Assembly (NCBI GenBank): GCA_964019425.1
Contig: OZ025780.1
Location: 1,736,001-1,800,000, forward strand
Length of the DNA stretch: 64,000 nucleotides
Source: Flectonema sp. DT1601
Taxonomy: Eukaryota
Reading direction: 5' to 3'
Shown in pieces: positions 11,923-23,200 of the stretch (position 1 is its first letter; the number at the start of each line of letters is the position of its first letter). Both the position numbers and the translations under genes were made by a program. A model generated the notes under the pieces. The model saw only the letters and a program-made list of their open reading frames with translations. It was not told the DNA's origin and made no database searches.

Positions 11923-13254
11923 ATGTTTATTCGAACACTAGTAGTTCTCTTATGTACAATTCAGATTGGAGCGTATGGACTACCACCACTTCCAATGGAT
12001 GAGACGTCGGATGTCGATGCTGGAATTGGTGCTCGTAGTGGAAGTATGGCAAATGGATTTGTGATCACATGGGTTGGGTCAGATGCTACTGAGGATGGTA
12101 GTCACGGAATATATGCTCAGGGTTATTCGAATAATGGAGTTAGAATTGGTAGCAGAGTATTAATTTGTGTTCTAAAGAAGATAAGATCATATCCAGTTAT
12201 TTGTGGTTCACATCATTCTGACAAGTTCTTTATAGCATACCAACTAGGTGACGGGATTTACTTCAGTGAAGGAGAGCTAACAGATGAAGGTATTATAGTA
12301 CTAGTTAATCACTGTCCTAACCATCTCGATCACTATCACCATGATCATCATCATTTCCATATGTCTCTTGCTTGTAGAACTGATGGTGGAATGTTCGCAC
12401 TCGCATTATCTGAATTCTTCGATAAACAGACAACCGGAGTTAAACTCATGCTGTGGAACAGTACGACTTTTGATCATTTGGAACCTCCAGAAGCTATTTC
12501 TGTTTCTCCAGTTCGTATTAATATCCAATGCAATCCTGATGTTGCTGTTCTTAGTGATGGAAGAGTTGTTGTTGTTTGGCAAGACATTCACTCTTATTCT
12601 ATAACTGGACAGCTGTTTACAAGTGGTGGTGTTCATATTGGAATTCCATTTCAAGTATCTTCAGTAGTCGGATTTGAAAGTAACCCAACAGTCGAGTCCT
12701 TCAATACCAATGCTGGATTCTTAGTTGGATGGAAGGATATGTCTGGTATGAGATTCCCAATGGTTGTTGGTGGAAGAGTTTACTTTGCCACAACTTACGT
12801 ACAAGTGTTCGGTGAGTCTGGTCACAAAGCAGCACCTGTTTGGAAATTAAAAAGTAATGACGCATCTGGAAACATCTTATCAATGGCTGTCACTGAGAAT
12901 GATAATATTTGGATGTCGTGGATTGAAGGGACTAACTTAAATGGATGCAAGTACTCCCCAACTGGAGCAGTTCAGATTCCAGGATGCTTCACATCAACAG
13001 CAGCTGTTCACAGAGGATACAACTCCTTAAGACTTGGTATGTCTCCACTATTGGGTGAAGGGTTCGTTTTAACCACGGGTAGGGGAAAACAAGATCCAGT
13101 TGCAACATATTGGTACAGTGATTTCTTATTAGGAAATGATGACCTTCCTGTTGATAGCAGACTTCCAACACACAACCTAAACTACGATCCTCTCCGACAG
13201 GCAGAAATCGGTTCCGAAAACCATCAGGTAAATCAAGAACCTAGCAACTTGTAA
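11923..13254 (+). CDS. Secreted protein with bacterial-type beta-rich repeats (P.VA.L.DG..VVVW), paralog 1
   Basis: Signal peptide MFIRTLVVLLCTIQIGAYG. Motifs GFVITW..DGSHGIYAQ and NPDVAVLSDGRVVVVWQD. Confidence 0.65.
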   Translation: MFIRTLVVLLCTIQIGAYGLPPLPMDETSDVDAGIGARSGSMANGFVITWVGSDATEDGSHGIYAQGYSNNGVRIGSRVLICVLKKIRSYPVICGSHHSDKFFIAYQLGDGIYFSEGELTDEGIIVLVNHCPNHLDHYHHDHHHFHMSLACRTDGGMFALALSEFFDKQTTGVKLMLWNSTTFDHLEPPEAISVSPVRINIQCNPDVAVLSDGRVVVVWQDIHSYSITGQLFTSGGVHIGIPFQVSSVVGFESNPTVESFNTNAGFLVGWKDMSGMRFPMVVGGRVYFATTYVQVFGESGHKAAPVWKLKSNDASGNILSMAVTENDNIWMSWIEGTNLNGCKYSPTGAVQIPGCFTSTAAVHRGYNSLRLGMSPLLGEGFVLTTGRGKQDPVATYWYSDFLLGNDDLPVDSRLPTHNLNYDPLRQAEIGSENHQVNQEPSNL

Positions 13255-13692
13255 GACTACGGTATTACAATAAAATAAAACACTAATTACTTTTTTTTTC
13301 ACTAACAAACTGTAATTGGCAACCTTTCGAGCAGCTGAGCTTGTGTGACGCTCCATGCTTGAGAAGGTTAGCTTTTTTTGCAGTATTATTTTTTTTCCTC
13401 TCTCTTTTTTCTTTTTTTTTTTAAAAAAAGGTTTCCTTTCTCTACGTGTTTACAACACACACATTATGATCTTTTCTAATAATTGATCACCCATCCTACA
13501 CACCAAGGGAATGTGTCCTTGATTTGTGAGGATATTCGATCGACGTCTTCAAAACAACTTTAGCCAATACTCTGTACTCCACTGACATACTTCCCAACAC
13601 TACCAGGATAGCAGAACAGATGAGGGAAAGCAGATTGTTATCGTAGTTGAGTTGTAATTTTTTTTTTTTCCGCTTTTCAGTTTTACAAGAAC

Positions 13693-14976
13693 ATGACAAC
13701 TCGGTATGCGGTGTTACTTTTAATATCGCAAATGATGTTGTCGGTGTCATCAGATCCATTAATAGAATCAGACATGACTTCCGATAACTTCGCATGTGAC
13801 GGAGGGTCAGTTACGACTGTAGGAGGAGGTTCTGTTGTTGCTTTCGTATCATCTGTGGATTCTCGATTTCGTCAATTCACAATGCTGCAAGCATATGACT
13901 ATTATGGAAAACGACTTGGCGACAGAGTCATCATCTGCGAGCATCGAACTCCAGCAATATCACCGGAAATATCCGGCGGGAGTGAAACTGCAGCTTTTCA
14001 CGTTGTTTTTCAGTTTGGTACCGAACTTAGACATGTACAAGGCGAGCTAACCGCCACAGGAATAAATTTACTCACTGAATCTTGTACTCCTGGAACTGAC
14101 TTTGCAGGACCATCACAACACAATCTACGAATAGCTAGCAGCGTTGACGGACACGTGTCTGCGATGGTTTCATCGTCGTGGATCGGAGGTGCAACAGATG
14201 GAATTAAACTTCATATTTATAATGGAGAGTACTACAGCACAGCTTCTCCTCCTGTTACCGTCAGCTCATTTGGTAGCTCAATTCAGTCCAATCCTGACGT
14301 TGCAGTTCTGGGTAATCACACAATTGTAGTAGTTTGGCAAGATCTTCACAGTGAGAGAATATATGAAATGCTATATAACGAAGATGGTATTCCGATTTCA
14401 AATATCAGATTTCCTGCTGCTGGTTTGAATCAAACTGGTTTCCTATCAGCTCCAACAGTCACATCCTTTACAGGTAAGGATTACGCAATTGGATGGAAGT
14501 TCACCGGAGGAGATGAAGACTTGATGGTCGAAGGAGGGCGAGTCACTTATGGCGCGAGTTACATTCGTGTTTATTCGGATGTCGGTGATTTAATACCTTG
14601 GAGGGCATCCGCTGACTATGGTTTCTCTGGACACATTTTGTCAATAAGTTCATCCCTCGATAATACTATGTGGCTTGTTTACACTAATAACGGATTCATA
14701 AATGGGAAGAATTTTGGTCAAGATGGAGCAGGAGGGCACGAATTTCAATTATTCGCTCAAATAACAACACATGCTTCAAATGTTCGTATTAGCACAGATA
14801 TATTAGTTCCTTTTGGTATTGTTTTTACATTTTCTGATGGGATCCGAGGATCTATTACCACATACCATTGGGACGGCTACCAGACAACTGAGAACCCTCT
14901 TCCAAAAACTGATCCCTCAATATGGCAGCAAGCATATTCTTCTTATCAACATAACACCTACAGTGGTGGTAATTAG
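13693..14976 (+). CDS. Secreted beta-rich repeat protein, paralog 2
   Basis: Signal peptide. Collinear similarity to the 11923 gene (G.RV.IC, IQSNPDVAVL..VVVWQD, P.V.SF, GWK, V.GGRV, G.ILS). Confidence 0.65.
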   Translation: MTTRYAVLLLISQMMLSVSSDPLIESDMTSDNFACDGGSVTTVGGGSVVAFVSSVDSRFRQFTMLQAYDYYGKRLGDRVIICEHRTPAISPEISGGSETAAFHVVFQFGTELRHVQGELTATGINLLTESCTPGTDFAGPSQHNLRIASSVDGHVSAMVSSSWIGGATDGIKLHIYNGEYYSTASPPVTVSSFGSSIQSNPDVAVLGNHTIVVVWQDLHSERIYEMLYNEDGIPISNIRFPAAGLNQTGFLSAPTVTSFTGKDYAIGWKFTGGDEDLMVEGGRVTYGASYIRVYSDVGDLIPWRASADYGFSGHILSISSSLDNTMWLVYTNNGFINGKNFGQDGAGGHEFQLFAQITTHASNVRISTDILVPFGIVFTFSDGIRGSITTYHWDGYQTTENPLPKTDPSIWQQAYSSYQHNTYSGGN

Positions 14977-15621
14977 GTAAACGTATTCACTTTATATTCT
15001 TTCTGTTTGAGCCAAGCGGCTGTATTTATTCTCTCTCTTTGTTTTTTCATTTTTCCCACCTCGTTTATTCAACAGCTAGTTTGTGATTCTGTTGAGTCTT
15101 TGTGTACTAAAGTGGAATAATGAGTTTATCACACTTTGGTATCATACGCTGAGGCAAAGATCGTTGAGGTTATTTGTTTTCCTTTATTTGTTCCTCCCTG
15201 AAGACCAGACGACACTTCTGGCAGCTTTAGTATGTCCTGCTGTGTGACTCCTGTTCTTCCTTCATTCATAGAAGTTCTGCTGTTGATTGCATTTTTTCCA
15301 GGAGAAAAAAAGCGGGATGATTGCGTCACGTGCAGGGATGTCGTTGGTGCACGATGTGCGGGAAGTTGAAATCCTGTAGAATAAGCGTATTTAAGTTATC
15401 AGTTGAAGTAGCACGTTGACCTAGCATCCACGAGTGAAGGATATTTACACTGTGCGGTGACCGAGAAATAGTTTTCGGTGAAAAAAATGGCTCCTGCGGG
15501 AATCGAACCGGTGCCTTTTTTTTTTTTTTTTTTTTTTTCCCCCTTATTCTCCCATTCTATTTTTTTTCGTTCCCCAAATAACTTTGCTTTTGTATTTTTT
15601 TAACTCTCCAGTTCTTTAATA

Positions 15622-16281
15622 ATGCCTGATATCCACGCTGATTTGTCCAAGAAGGTTGTGGTGGACAGCAAGTTACTCGAATGGTCTCCCAGCCCGATGG
15701 CTGGGGTCAACAGAAAAATGATAGAGCGATGCGGAAACGAAGTGGCTGTCTGTTGCTCGGTTGTGAAGTTTGACGAGGGGAGCACGTTTGATGCGCATAC
15801 GCACGGTATGGGTGAGGAATTCTTAGTGTTGGAAGGTGTCTTTTCAGATGAACATGGTGATTATGGAGCAGGTTCTTACATTAGAAATCCACCGGGATCT
15901 TCACACACTCCCCACATCGACCCTGGCTGCACCATATTCGTTAGACTTCGTCAGTTCGATCCTGAAGACCTGACCTTCGTTAAGACAAATATTAATACTT
16001 TTGACCAGGAGGTAAACGTACTTCATCAATACAAAGATGAGATTGTCACATACTACAACACTCCAGGAGGTGCTTCACTTCCGACTTCACCAGTGGGATC
16101 TCTTCAAGAAATATTTATTATTTCTGGTTCAGTAATTGCACAGGATGGAGATTCTCAAGTGACTTACGATTCCGGTATTTGGATTCGAGTACCAGCAACT
16201 GAAACCCTTCCAAAAATGATTACAAAGGAGGGAGGATGTAAGTGGCTTCATAGAAGCGGCAGACTTGGTAAGAAACAGTAG
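15622..16281 (+). CDS. ChrR-like cupin domain protein
   Basis: W.PSP.AGV.R.M, F.AHTH..GEEFLVLEGVFSDEHGDY.AGSYIRNPPGSSHTP, GCTIFVRL.QF. Confidence 0.85.
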   Translation: MPDIHADLSKKVVVDSKLLEWSPSPMAGVNRKMIERCGNEVAVCCSVVKFDEGSTFDAHTHGMGEEFLVLEGVFSDEHGDYGAGSYIRNPPGSSHTPHIDPGCTIFVRLRQFDPEDLTFVKTNINTFDQEVNVLHQYKDEIVTYYNTPGGASLPTSPVGSLQEIFIISGSVIAQDGDSQVTYDSGIWIRVPATETLPKMITKEGGCKWLHRSGRLGKKQ

Positions 16282-17260
16282 TTGACTTCAGGAGACGACT
16301 TGTTGTAGTTATGCTTCTACTGGATATGCTTACTGATGGAATGGATTAAATATTTATTCATACTATTAATAATTATCATCGAAGCCCACTGCACAACCTA
16401 CACAACGTTGCTTAAGTGCAGATTCTATTCTTTAATTTATAAATCCCTAGTAGCACATTGGCCTTGTTGCGTTGTGTTGCTTAGCTTTTGTACCTGACAG
16501 ACTGCACTCCCAAGACGGGCTAGTTGTGCCTTTTTTTTTAAAAATCGTAGATCCTTCAGATGACTCCTGAAGGATAGCTCCTGAAGGATAGCTATATTAA
16601 TAAAACATATGTCATATTATGAGAACCTGCATCAGAGCTTTCAGTGTGAGTGATTCTGTGCTGGTAGCGTTAATTATTATTGATATTTTATATGGTAGTC
16701 GCCTTTTTTTTTTTTTCGCGAATTTCGTTCACATCTCTTCGGTCACGCTAACTAACTACGTAAGGGTGAATGCAATAGTCCGAAGAAAGATTATTTTAAT
16801 ATTAGTCCCCCGAAACACCAACAATTGTTTGTTTGTTTGTTGTCCTACGAATTTTTTTGCATCTGATTTTTTTTAAATTTCCTGATAACTATTAATACTA
16901 ACTCTTCTCCGTCTAAAGACAAATTATGATCGTCGTTTTAATCATTCTTGTTTAACCTCAATTGGACAAGGTGAGGAAACAAAACGATCAGCTGTTTATT
17001 TTAAAACGATGAAAAAAGATTGGTCAACAATACATAGTTAGCCGTGTGTGTGTTTTATTACTTGTGAAATCTTGCTTGAGACAATCAAGGCATGTTGGGA
17101 CCTCATAAAGGTGCACTTCAGCCAGTATAATCAATTGCAATTATTTGAATGAGAAGGGTGATTTTATTTGGTCAGGAAGATTTCAATTTGTATTAACAGT
17201 TATCTTTGCAGGTTACCTCCTACCGCACACTTCAAATGGTTTGGGACTTTGACCCTAATT

Positions 17261-19415
17261 ATGACAGCATTGGATGATGAAATATCTAGCGCTGCGCTGA
17301 AGAATTCGATACCCTGCGGGAATCGTCGGCTTTCAATTCGTCAAACCGAGTCAGATGTATGTTTTTTTTTGATTTTTTTTTTTAATTTTTAAAAACACGC
17401 TCTGGAGTTTCTTGTATAATAATTATATACACAAAAAAAAAAAAAAAAAAACAGAATGAATCTGAGTCTGATGAATTTTTAGAGTCAGGTTCAAAAGAGA
17501 ATCATCCAGCCAGACATAGAGTTAGTTTGGGTGCTCCTGATAACCATCACGAATGGGTCAGGAAACGTCTTCGTCGTATGGATGAAAAGATTGATACTAT
17601 AATCTACTCTCTTTCAATGCTTGATGGAAAGCCATTTAATGTAGAGAAAGAAAAGAAGAGGAATTACAGCGTGTCTGCGAAACAGAACTCAACTCCAGTT
17701 GGGGGATGGGATGCTATCAACAAGCAAGCAAGTCAAATGTTTGGAAAGATAGGAGCCAAATGTCCAAAATTAGAAAGAAGCAAAAATCGAACATCAAGGG
17801 GAAAACTGTCTGCCGAGGGACAAAATTCTGAAGTGAGCAGCGAGGAAACGTCCTGCGTGTTGACCGAAAGTGTCGTTTCTTCTGAAGTAGTTGAGAAAGA
17901 ACCAGCCATTCATCGAAAACAAACTCCACGTTCCAGTAAGTTATCCCTTCCTCGATTGGAAAAACCAAAGTTACCGAAAATTATTCCAAAAAGCACTTTA
18001 TTACTCCCAGAACACATCTTAATTACCGGCATTGAAATCTTATATCTCCTCGTAATAGTGGGAGAGGCACTGGTTGTAACCACCTCCTTCTCGATGTATA
18101 AATTTCACAGCGACCCTCCAATACAAGAGGTACTCTGGTTCACATTCGCAACCATAGTTAACTTAGTATTTGTGTTGAGTAGATTTTGTTCTGCGAAATT
18201 GGTTGGCTGGCAGTTGATTGATGACGATGCCAGGGCTATTAGAAATATATATTTTCGAAGTTGGTTTGTTTTTGATATTGGTTTCGGTTTTCCCTACGAC
18301 ATCCTAGCATATTTATCATCATTTATACTACTGTACAGAGTAATGCAAGTTGTTAGGTGTTTGAAGTTATTCAGAGCTGGATCGTTGTTCAGACCTTCAA
18401 ACCCGTTGTATAATCGGAGATATGTTCCTTTTTTATCATTTTGTTGGGTTGTAATTATACATCACGGGATTGCATGTGTTCATATGTTAATCAGAAGAAA
18501 GAATAGCAACATAGATGACTACATAGAATCAATTTATTGGTCAGTTCAGAGTACTACTTCAGTTGGGTATGGTGATATAACGGATCTCAATTCAAGAGAG
18601 ATTCGATGCTATTCAGTGTTCGTTATGCTTGTTGGATCTGGTTTCTATGGATGGCTACTAGGAAACGTTTCATCGTATTTTATGAGTCAAGACATTTTCA
18701 TGCAAAAACAAAATGAAATGCGATCAATGCTACTGTCACTTATGACTCGATACGACGTCTCTCTCGAAATTCAAAAAGAAGCAATGTGCATATATCCTTT
18801 AATTTTGGGGGATACGGCAAATAATTTCACAGAAATACTGGAACTATTTCCTCCTTATATGCAAGAAAAAATCTCTTTACAGGTTCGATTGAAATTGCTT
18901 AGACAGGTTCCTATGTTTCGTAATGCGGAAAGTTTCATTTTAGAACAATTGGCGTGTAAGTTGACGAGGCACATTATTGATCCAGACGTTCTAATCATAG
19001 AAATTAATGATGTTGGACAGGAAATGTTTTTTATATCGTCCGGAGCTGTTGAGGTACTTGTTCCTGTCGATGGAGCATACAAACAACTTGTCTTATTACG
19101 AGATGGTTCTTGGTTTGGTGAAATTGCTATTCTCAGAGAATCTCGTCGCACTGCGGCGGTTAACACGGTAACAACATGTGACTTATTCATGTTGACGAAG
19201 GAAGACTTCTTAGAAATATTTGAGATGTTTCCGGACTCTACTTTTAGACAAGCCATCGTAGAGGAAGTTGAAAAAAGAATTAAAGTTCTCGAACCGAACG
19301 AGCCAGAACCAGAGGCATCACCTGAAATGGAAACACCAGTCGTGTCCATAGAAAGAGGAATGAGCGCATTGGTTGATTCTACGGTGATCCTAGATGCCAT
19401 GAGGTATGTTTTTTT

Positions 19416-19447
<32 letters not shown>

Positions 19448-19921
19448 CACTATTAAAGAAATAAATAGGGAAAAGAAAAAAAAAATTCAAACACAGCGAC
19501 GGAGAAGCTCCAAATTTACAGAATTTCAAATTCGGTTCTTGTGTTGTATGTGATATGTGATTACTTTTAATATAACTCTTTTAATAAAGTAATAAATAGA
19601 ATCCAAACAAAACTATTACAGGGAATGTTTAACGTACCAGAAGATGCTGAGGAAGCAGTTCCAGTACCTCCTCTGACTTCTACACAAAATAAAACTGATC
19701 AGGGATTAGTATTACCGCCAGCACTACTCCCAAGATCTGAATCGTACACAGTTGAGTCGAAGTCTCCCAGGCATGGACGTTCTCTGGCGGTGGATACGCG
19801 GCTTGACTCTGGTCTGGCGTCTCCACGTCACCTTGCACCAGAACCCCGGTCACCTTCCCAGATGAGAATGAAGCGTGCTACTAGAGCTTTGGTGTATGCG
19901 AATAGAGCTCTGAAAAGATGA
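17261..19921 (+). CDS. Cyclic-nucleotide-binding-domain potassium channel; exons 17261-17356, 17455-19403, 19497-19545 and 19622-19921
   Basis: S4-like RVMQVVRCLKLFR, pore TTSVGYGD and CNBD FGEIAIL..RRTAAV. Three gtatgt..cag introns keep the frame. Confidence 0.9.
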
Positions 19922-19967
19922 TATATGCCGTTGAAATTTATTCGCTGCTATTTTTTTTTTTTTTTTT

Positions 19968-20093
19968 GTACCGACGTAGTCGGAGAAGAAACTATTCAGG
20001 TTGAAAGCCGATATTTCTTATAGTCATGATTTATTTTTCCCGTGCGACAGGATTTTGTCTGCGTTCAACGATATATAAGATTAATCTGAATGG
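19968..20093 (+). mobile_element. Short dispersed structured element, copy C (subfamily 2), in the probable 3' UTR of the channel gene
   Basis: gtaccgacgtagtcggagaagaaactattcagg..atctgaatgg between T-runs. Confidence 0.8.
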
Positions 20094-21419
20094 TTTTTTT
20101 TGGATTGTGACTACACTCAGTAGCGACTTTTTAATCAGCCGTTCTGTATCGATATTTAGCTTTCGTTTGTTTTTATTTACAATTATTAAAACTGCGAATT
20201 AATTGTGTAATAAAGCCCGCGTAATAACTTTTTTTTATCGATCAGTATTTAGGCTGCTGTCGCGCTGTTTATTCCCTCTTCCCTCCCTCATGGAACCTTA
20301 AGAAAAATATCAATTCATATCCCAACCCCCTCCTTTTTTTTTTTTTAAATTTCATTTAATAAAGAATTATTTTTTATTTTTTATGTTTTTTTTTTTTTTT
20401 TTTTTTTTTTGACAAAGTAATTAATAGATAAAAACCAAAAGCTCTGCCGCCCCTCGTAGATTATGGCTGATTTAATGAGCCGTCTGCAGACCTCGATGTG
20501 ATCCATTTACTCATATGACTGGCTTTGGTTTCCCAGGGCTTTATATGTAATTGAATAACTCGATTCTGAACTGCACTGAATGACAACACAGAATAGATGT
20601 GTACGCAGATAGTTAGAAATAATTATTATAATGTAGAGTCTGTTATGAAATTTGTTGATTGTTTGCCTACTTTTATTATAAATTACTAAATGTAGTCTCT
20701 GTAGTACGCTAAGAATGCCTGTCGGCTCGTACCCCTTTTTCTTTTTTTTGACATTTACAAGTTGTGCTTTCCAGCACAGAGATTTCTTTTTTTATTTTTA
20801 TTTTGTTCGTTAGTCGTCTTATTTATTTATACTATTTTCTTCTTCTTTTTTTTTTTAAAATTATATTTTTCATGTAACTGAATCCATTCATCTTTCCAAC
20901 AGTCGTCTGTTCAAAATTCGGAATAGAAGCAACCTTAAGGGAAAATAATTAATCTGGTTTGAATGTCCTTATAATTTATTTATTTGTGATAACTCCTAAA
21001 CACAGAAGAGATGCGTATGCCGGTAAGTTATCAACTTCTTATGTGGAGTTGGTGTTGACAAACAGCAGAACCAATTTCCAGAATTTGTTACAAAGTTCTC
21101 GTATTGAGAAATCATCGTTAGGTTTGTGTTCTGAAGTTAAGTCGCTTGACTTTTTCAGATTTTTTTTTTTTTTTTTTGTTCTTTTTTTTGAATGATAATA
21201 ATTCCAATGAATTTCTTCGTAATTGTGTTTCCCTGTTTCTACAGACGTGTCAGAGTACTCAGATATTCGACAACAACAGAACTCGACTTCTCAATGTTAG
21301 TTCAGATTCACATGTCTTCTGTATAGTGCTTCAATATTATTGAAACCTTTTCGTAATCGACATGAGGTTCTATTCATCATTAATAGTTTTCAGTAAAACA
21401 GGACTCAGCAGTACTTATA

Positions 21420-22262
21420 ATGATCGATAAAGTAGTTAAAACAGGTAGTTTTAGAAGGGTCACTGAACTATGCGGTGCCTTAATATCTCAAGGTAAATCC
21501 CTTCAAAGAGACTCTCTAAGAGTACTCTATCGAAGACCGTTCACAGTATCAGATGACATGTTGATAGCAAAGAATGTTGTTGGTTGGCATCATTCTGCAT
21601 TTGGATGGAGTAAATCAAACAACCCTGATCACTCGATGTTACTTCATTGGTTAAGAGAAAATGAATTGTTATTTAGACAAGTTTTTAATGGATTACCTTA
21701 TGAAAAGAGAACTGCTGACTATCAGATTCTCATAAAGTCATTTGGTAACCCTGACAACATATCATCCATCATGAGTGAGTTACATAAAATTAACGGAAGG
21801 CTCAACAGTGACATTTACGCAGAAATTATCAGATGCTGTGAAGAGGCTACCGCAGAAGCAATTTTCATAAACTTAGATAAACTGCAAATATCGACTACCC
21901 GATCCTGTTATGAAGCAATGATGGATGTTTATGTCAGCAGCAAAAACACCACCGGAGCTCTACTGCTTTACTCAAAGATGAGACAATCTTGCTTCCTTCC
22001 AAGTGGTAACATATACAAAAACATTATTCGGTGTGTAATAATTGATAGTTCTCTCCCAACGGAGATTGCTTCTGAAGCATTCCATTCGGCTGTCTTGCAG
22101 GGATTTGCCAGAAAACGTATTTTCGAAGAAATTATCGAACTGTACTCTTCTAGAGGTGAGGTGATGCCACAACGAGTTAGAGATGCTGTTGAGAAACATG
22201 GAACTGTTTTGAAGGGGTTTACTTCTATGCAGTATAATTCTTTTTCTGATAACTTAAAGTAG
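21420..22262 (+). CDS. Pentatricopeptide-repeat (PPR)-like protein; N-terminal exons uncertain
   Basis: Helical ~35-aa repeats: YQILIKSF, IYAEIIRCC, CYEAMMDVY..GALLLYSKMRQ..P..NIYKNIIRC. Possible phase-0 upstream exons at 21011-21022 and ~21245-21295. Confidence 0.65.
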   Translation: MIDKVVKTGSFRRVTELCGALISQGKSLQRDSLRVLYRRPFTVSDDMLIAKNVVGWHHSAFGWSKSNNPDHSMLLHWLRENELLFRQVFNGLPYEKRTADYQILIKSFGNPDNISSIMSELHKINGRLNSDIYAEIIRCCEEATAEAIFINLDKLQISTTRSCYEAMMDVYVSSKNTTGALLLYSKMRQSCFLPSGNIYKNIIRCVIIDSSLPTEIASEAFHSAVLQGFARKRIFEEIIELYSSRGEVMPQRVRDAVEKHGTVLKGFTSMQYNSFSDNLK

Positions 22263-22344
22263 CAGAGTCGGCTACTTTCGTCCTTCAGTGTCTTTTATTG
22301 TTCATTTCCCTTCACAGCAAACAGTTGTAACACAAGTTTTTAAC

Positions 22345-22825
22345 ATGATCGCTAAAACATCAGTATCCACTAGAAGGGCATACATTACTCTGTTCTTTGC
22401 TACATTCTTGGTATGTGTTCTATAAGGGTTTCTTTAATCTTTTAAAAGTTTTGTATAAATAAATAAACAAACAGGTCGCATATGGACTTGCTTTGATTGC
22501 CATGCATGGCTTTGCATCGTCAACAGACTACACGCTACTTCCTTTTGCCGTGACGATGACTGCAGTTGGTATTCTTGGAGTTGTCGCGGCGATTACGAAA
22601 GATCGTCAGCTTGTTATAATTCTGATGAACTGTCTTCTAGGACTTGCAGTCATCACCTTTCAGGCTGTGTACTACAAGTTGTCAGCAAAAAAGAAGGCTT
22701 GTCCTGAACTTGCTTCACACTTTGAGGCTCACAAGGACTCCATCTTTCTGGAGACCCTACCAGGAATGTTTGTTGAGGTGAGTTCCCAGGTATGAATATA
22801 TCTTAATTTTCAACTTTTCTGGGGG

Positions 22826-22857
<32 letters not shown>

Positions 22858-23200
22858 GATTCACTTCACGCTCACTGTTGATATGAAGACACTTGGAGAA
22901 TGCGAGAAGAGAGTTCACACGATGTGGATATACGCTATTTGTATTTTAGTTGATATTTTAATCAGTCTTCAAGTGTGTCTCTGGTATGTATTTTAACAGC
23001 ATGTGGTTGGCTGTTAGTATATTTTATTTTTTTTTAAAAAAATTAAATCAATCAGGCGATTCCTTTCTGCCATCAAGGACGAAGAAAAGGCGGCAGCACA
23101 ACTGGCGTTGGATGAAGAAGAAGAAGAAGAAGAAGAAGAGTTGCTTTCTGTTAAGGAAGATCCCCCAATGCCTCCACAGAGGCCAGTTTATTTTTTGTGA
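22345..23200 (+). CDS. Four-TM (tetraspanin-like topology) membrane protein; exons 22345-22410, 22475-22777, 22859-22983 and 23056-23200
   Basis: Three GT-AG introns give one continuous frame: 3 TMs, a Cys-containing loop, a 4th TM and an acidic tail. An alternative in-frame donor exists at 22790. Confidence 0.7.

Noticed and set aside
15488..15515. Complete tRNA gene
   Set aside because: Only the T-loop and 3' strand are present; the upstream sequence is a homopolymer. Kept only as a fragment finding.
2472..16593. Short perfect tandem duplications (2472-2503, 9245-9275, 16564-16593)
   Set aside because: Compatible with ordinary replication slippage; no evidence they are transposon footprints.
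18855..19529. 224-aa minus-strand ORF and other antisense ORFs over genes
   Set aside because: Antisense shadows of well-supported + strand genes, with no motifs.
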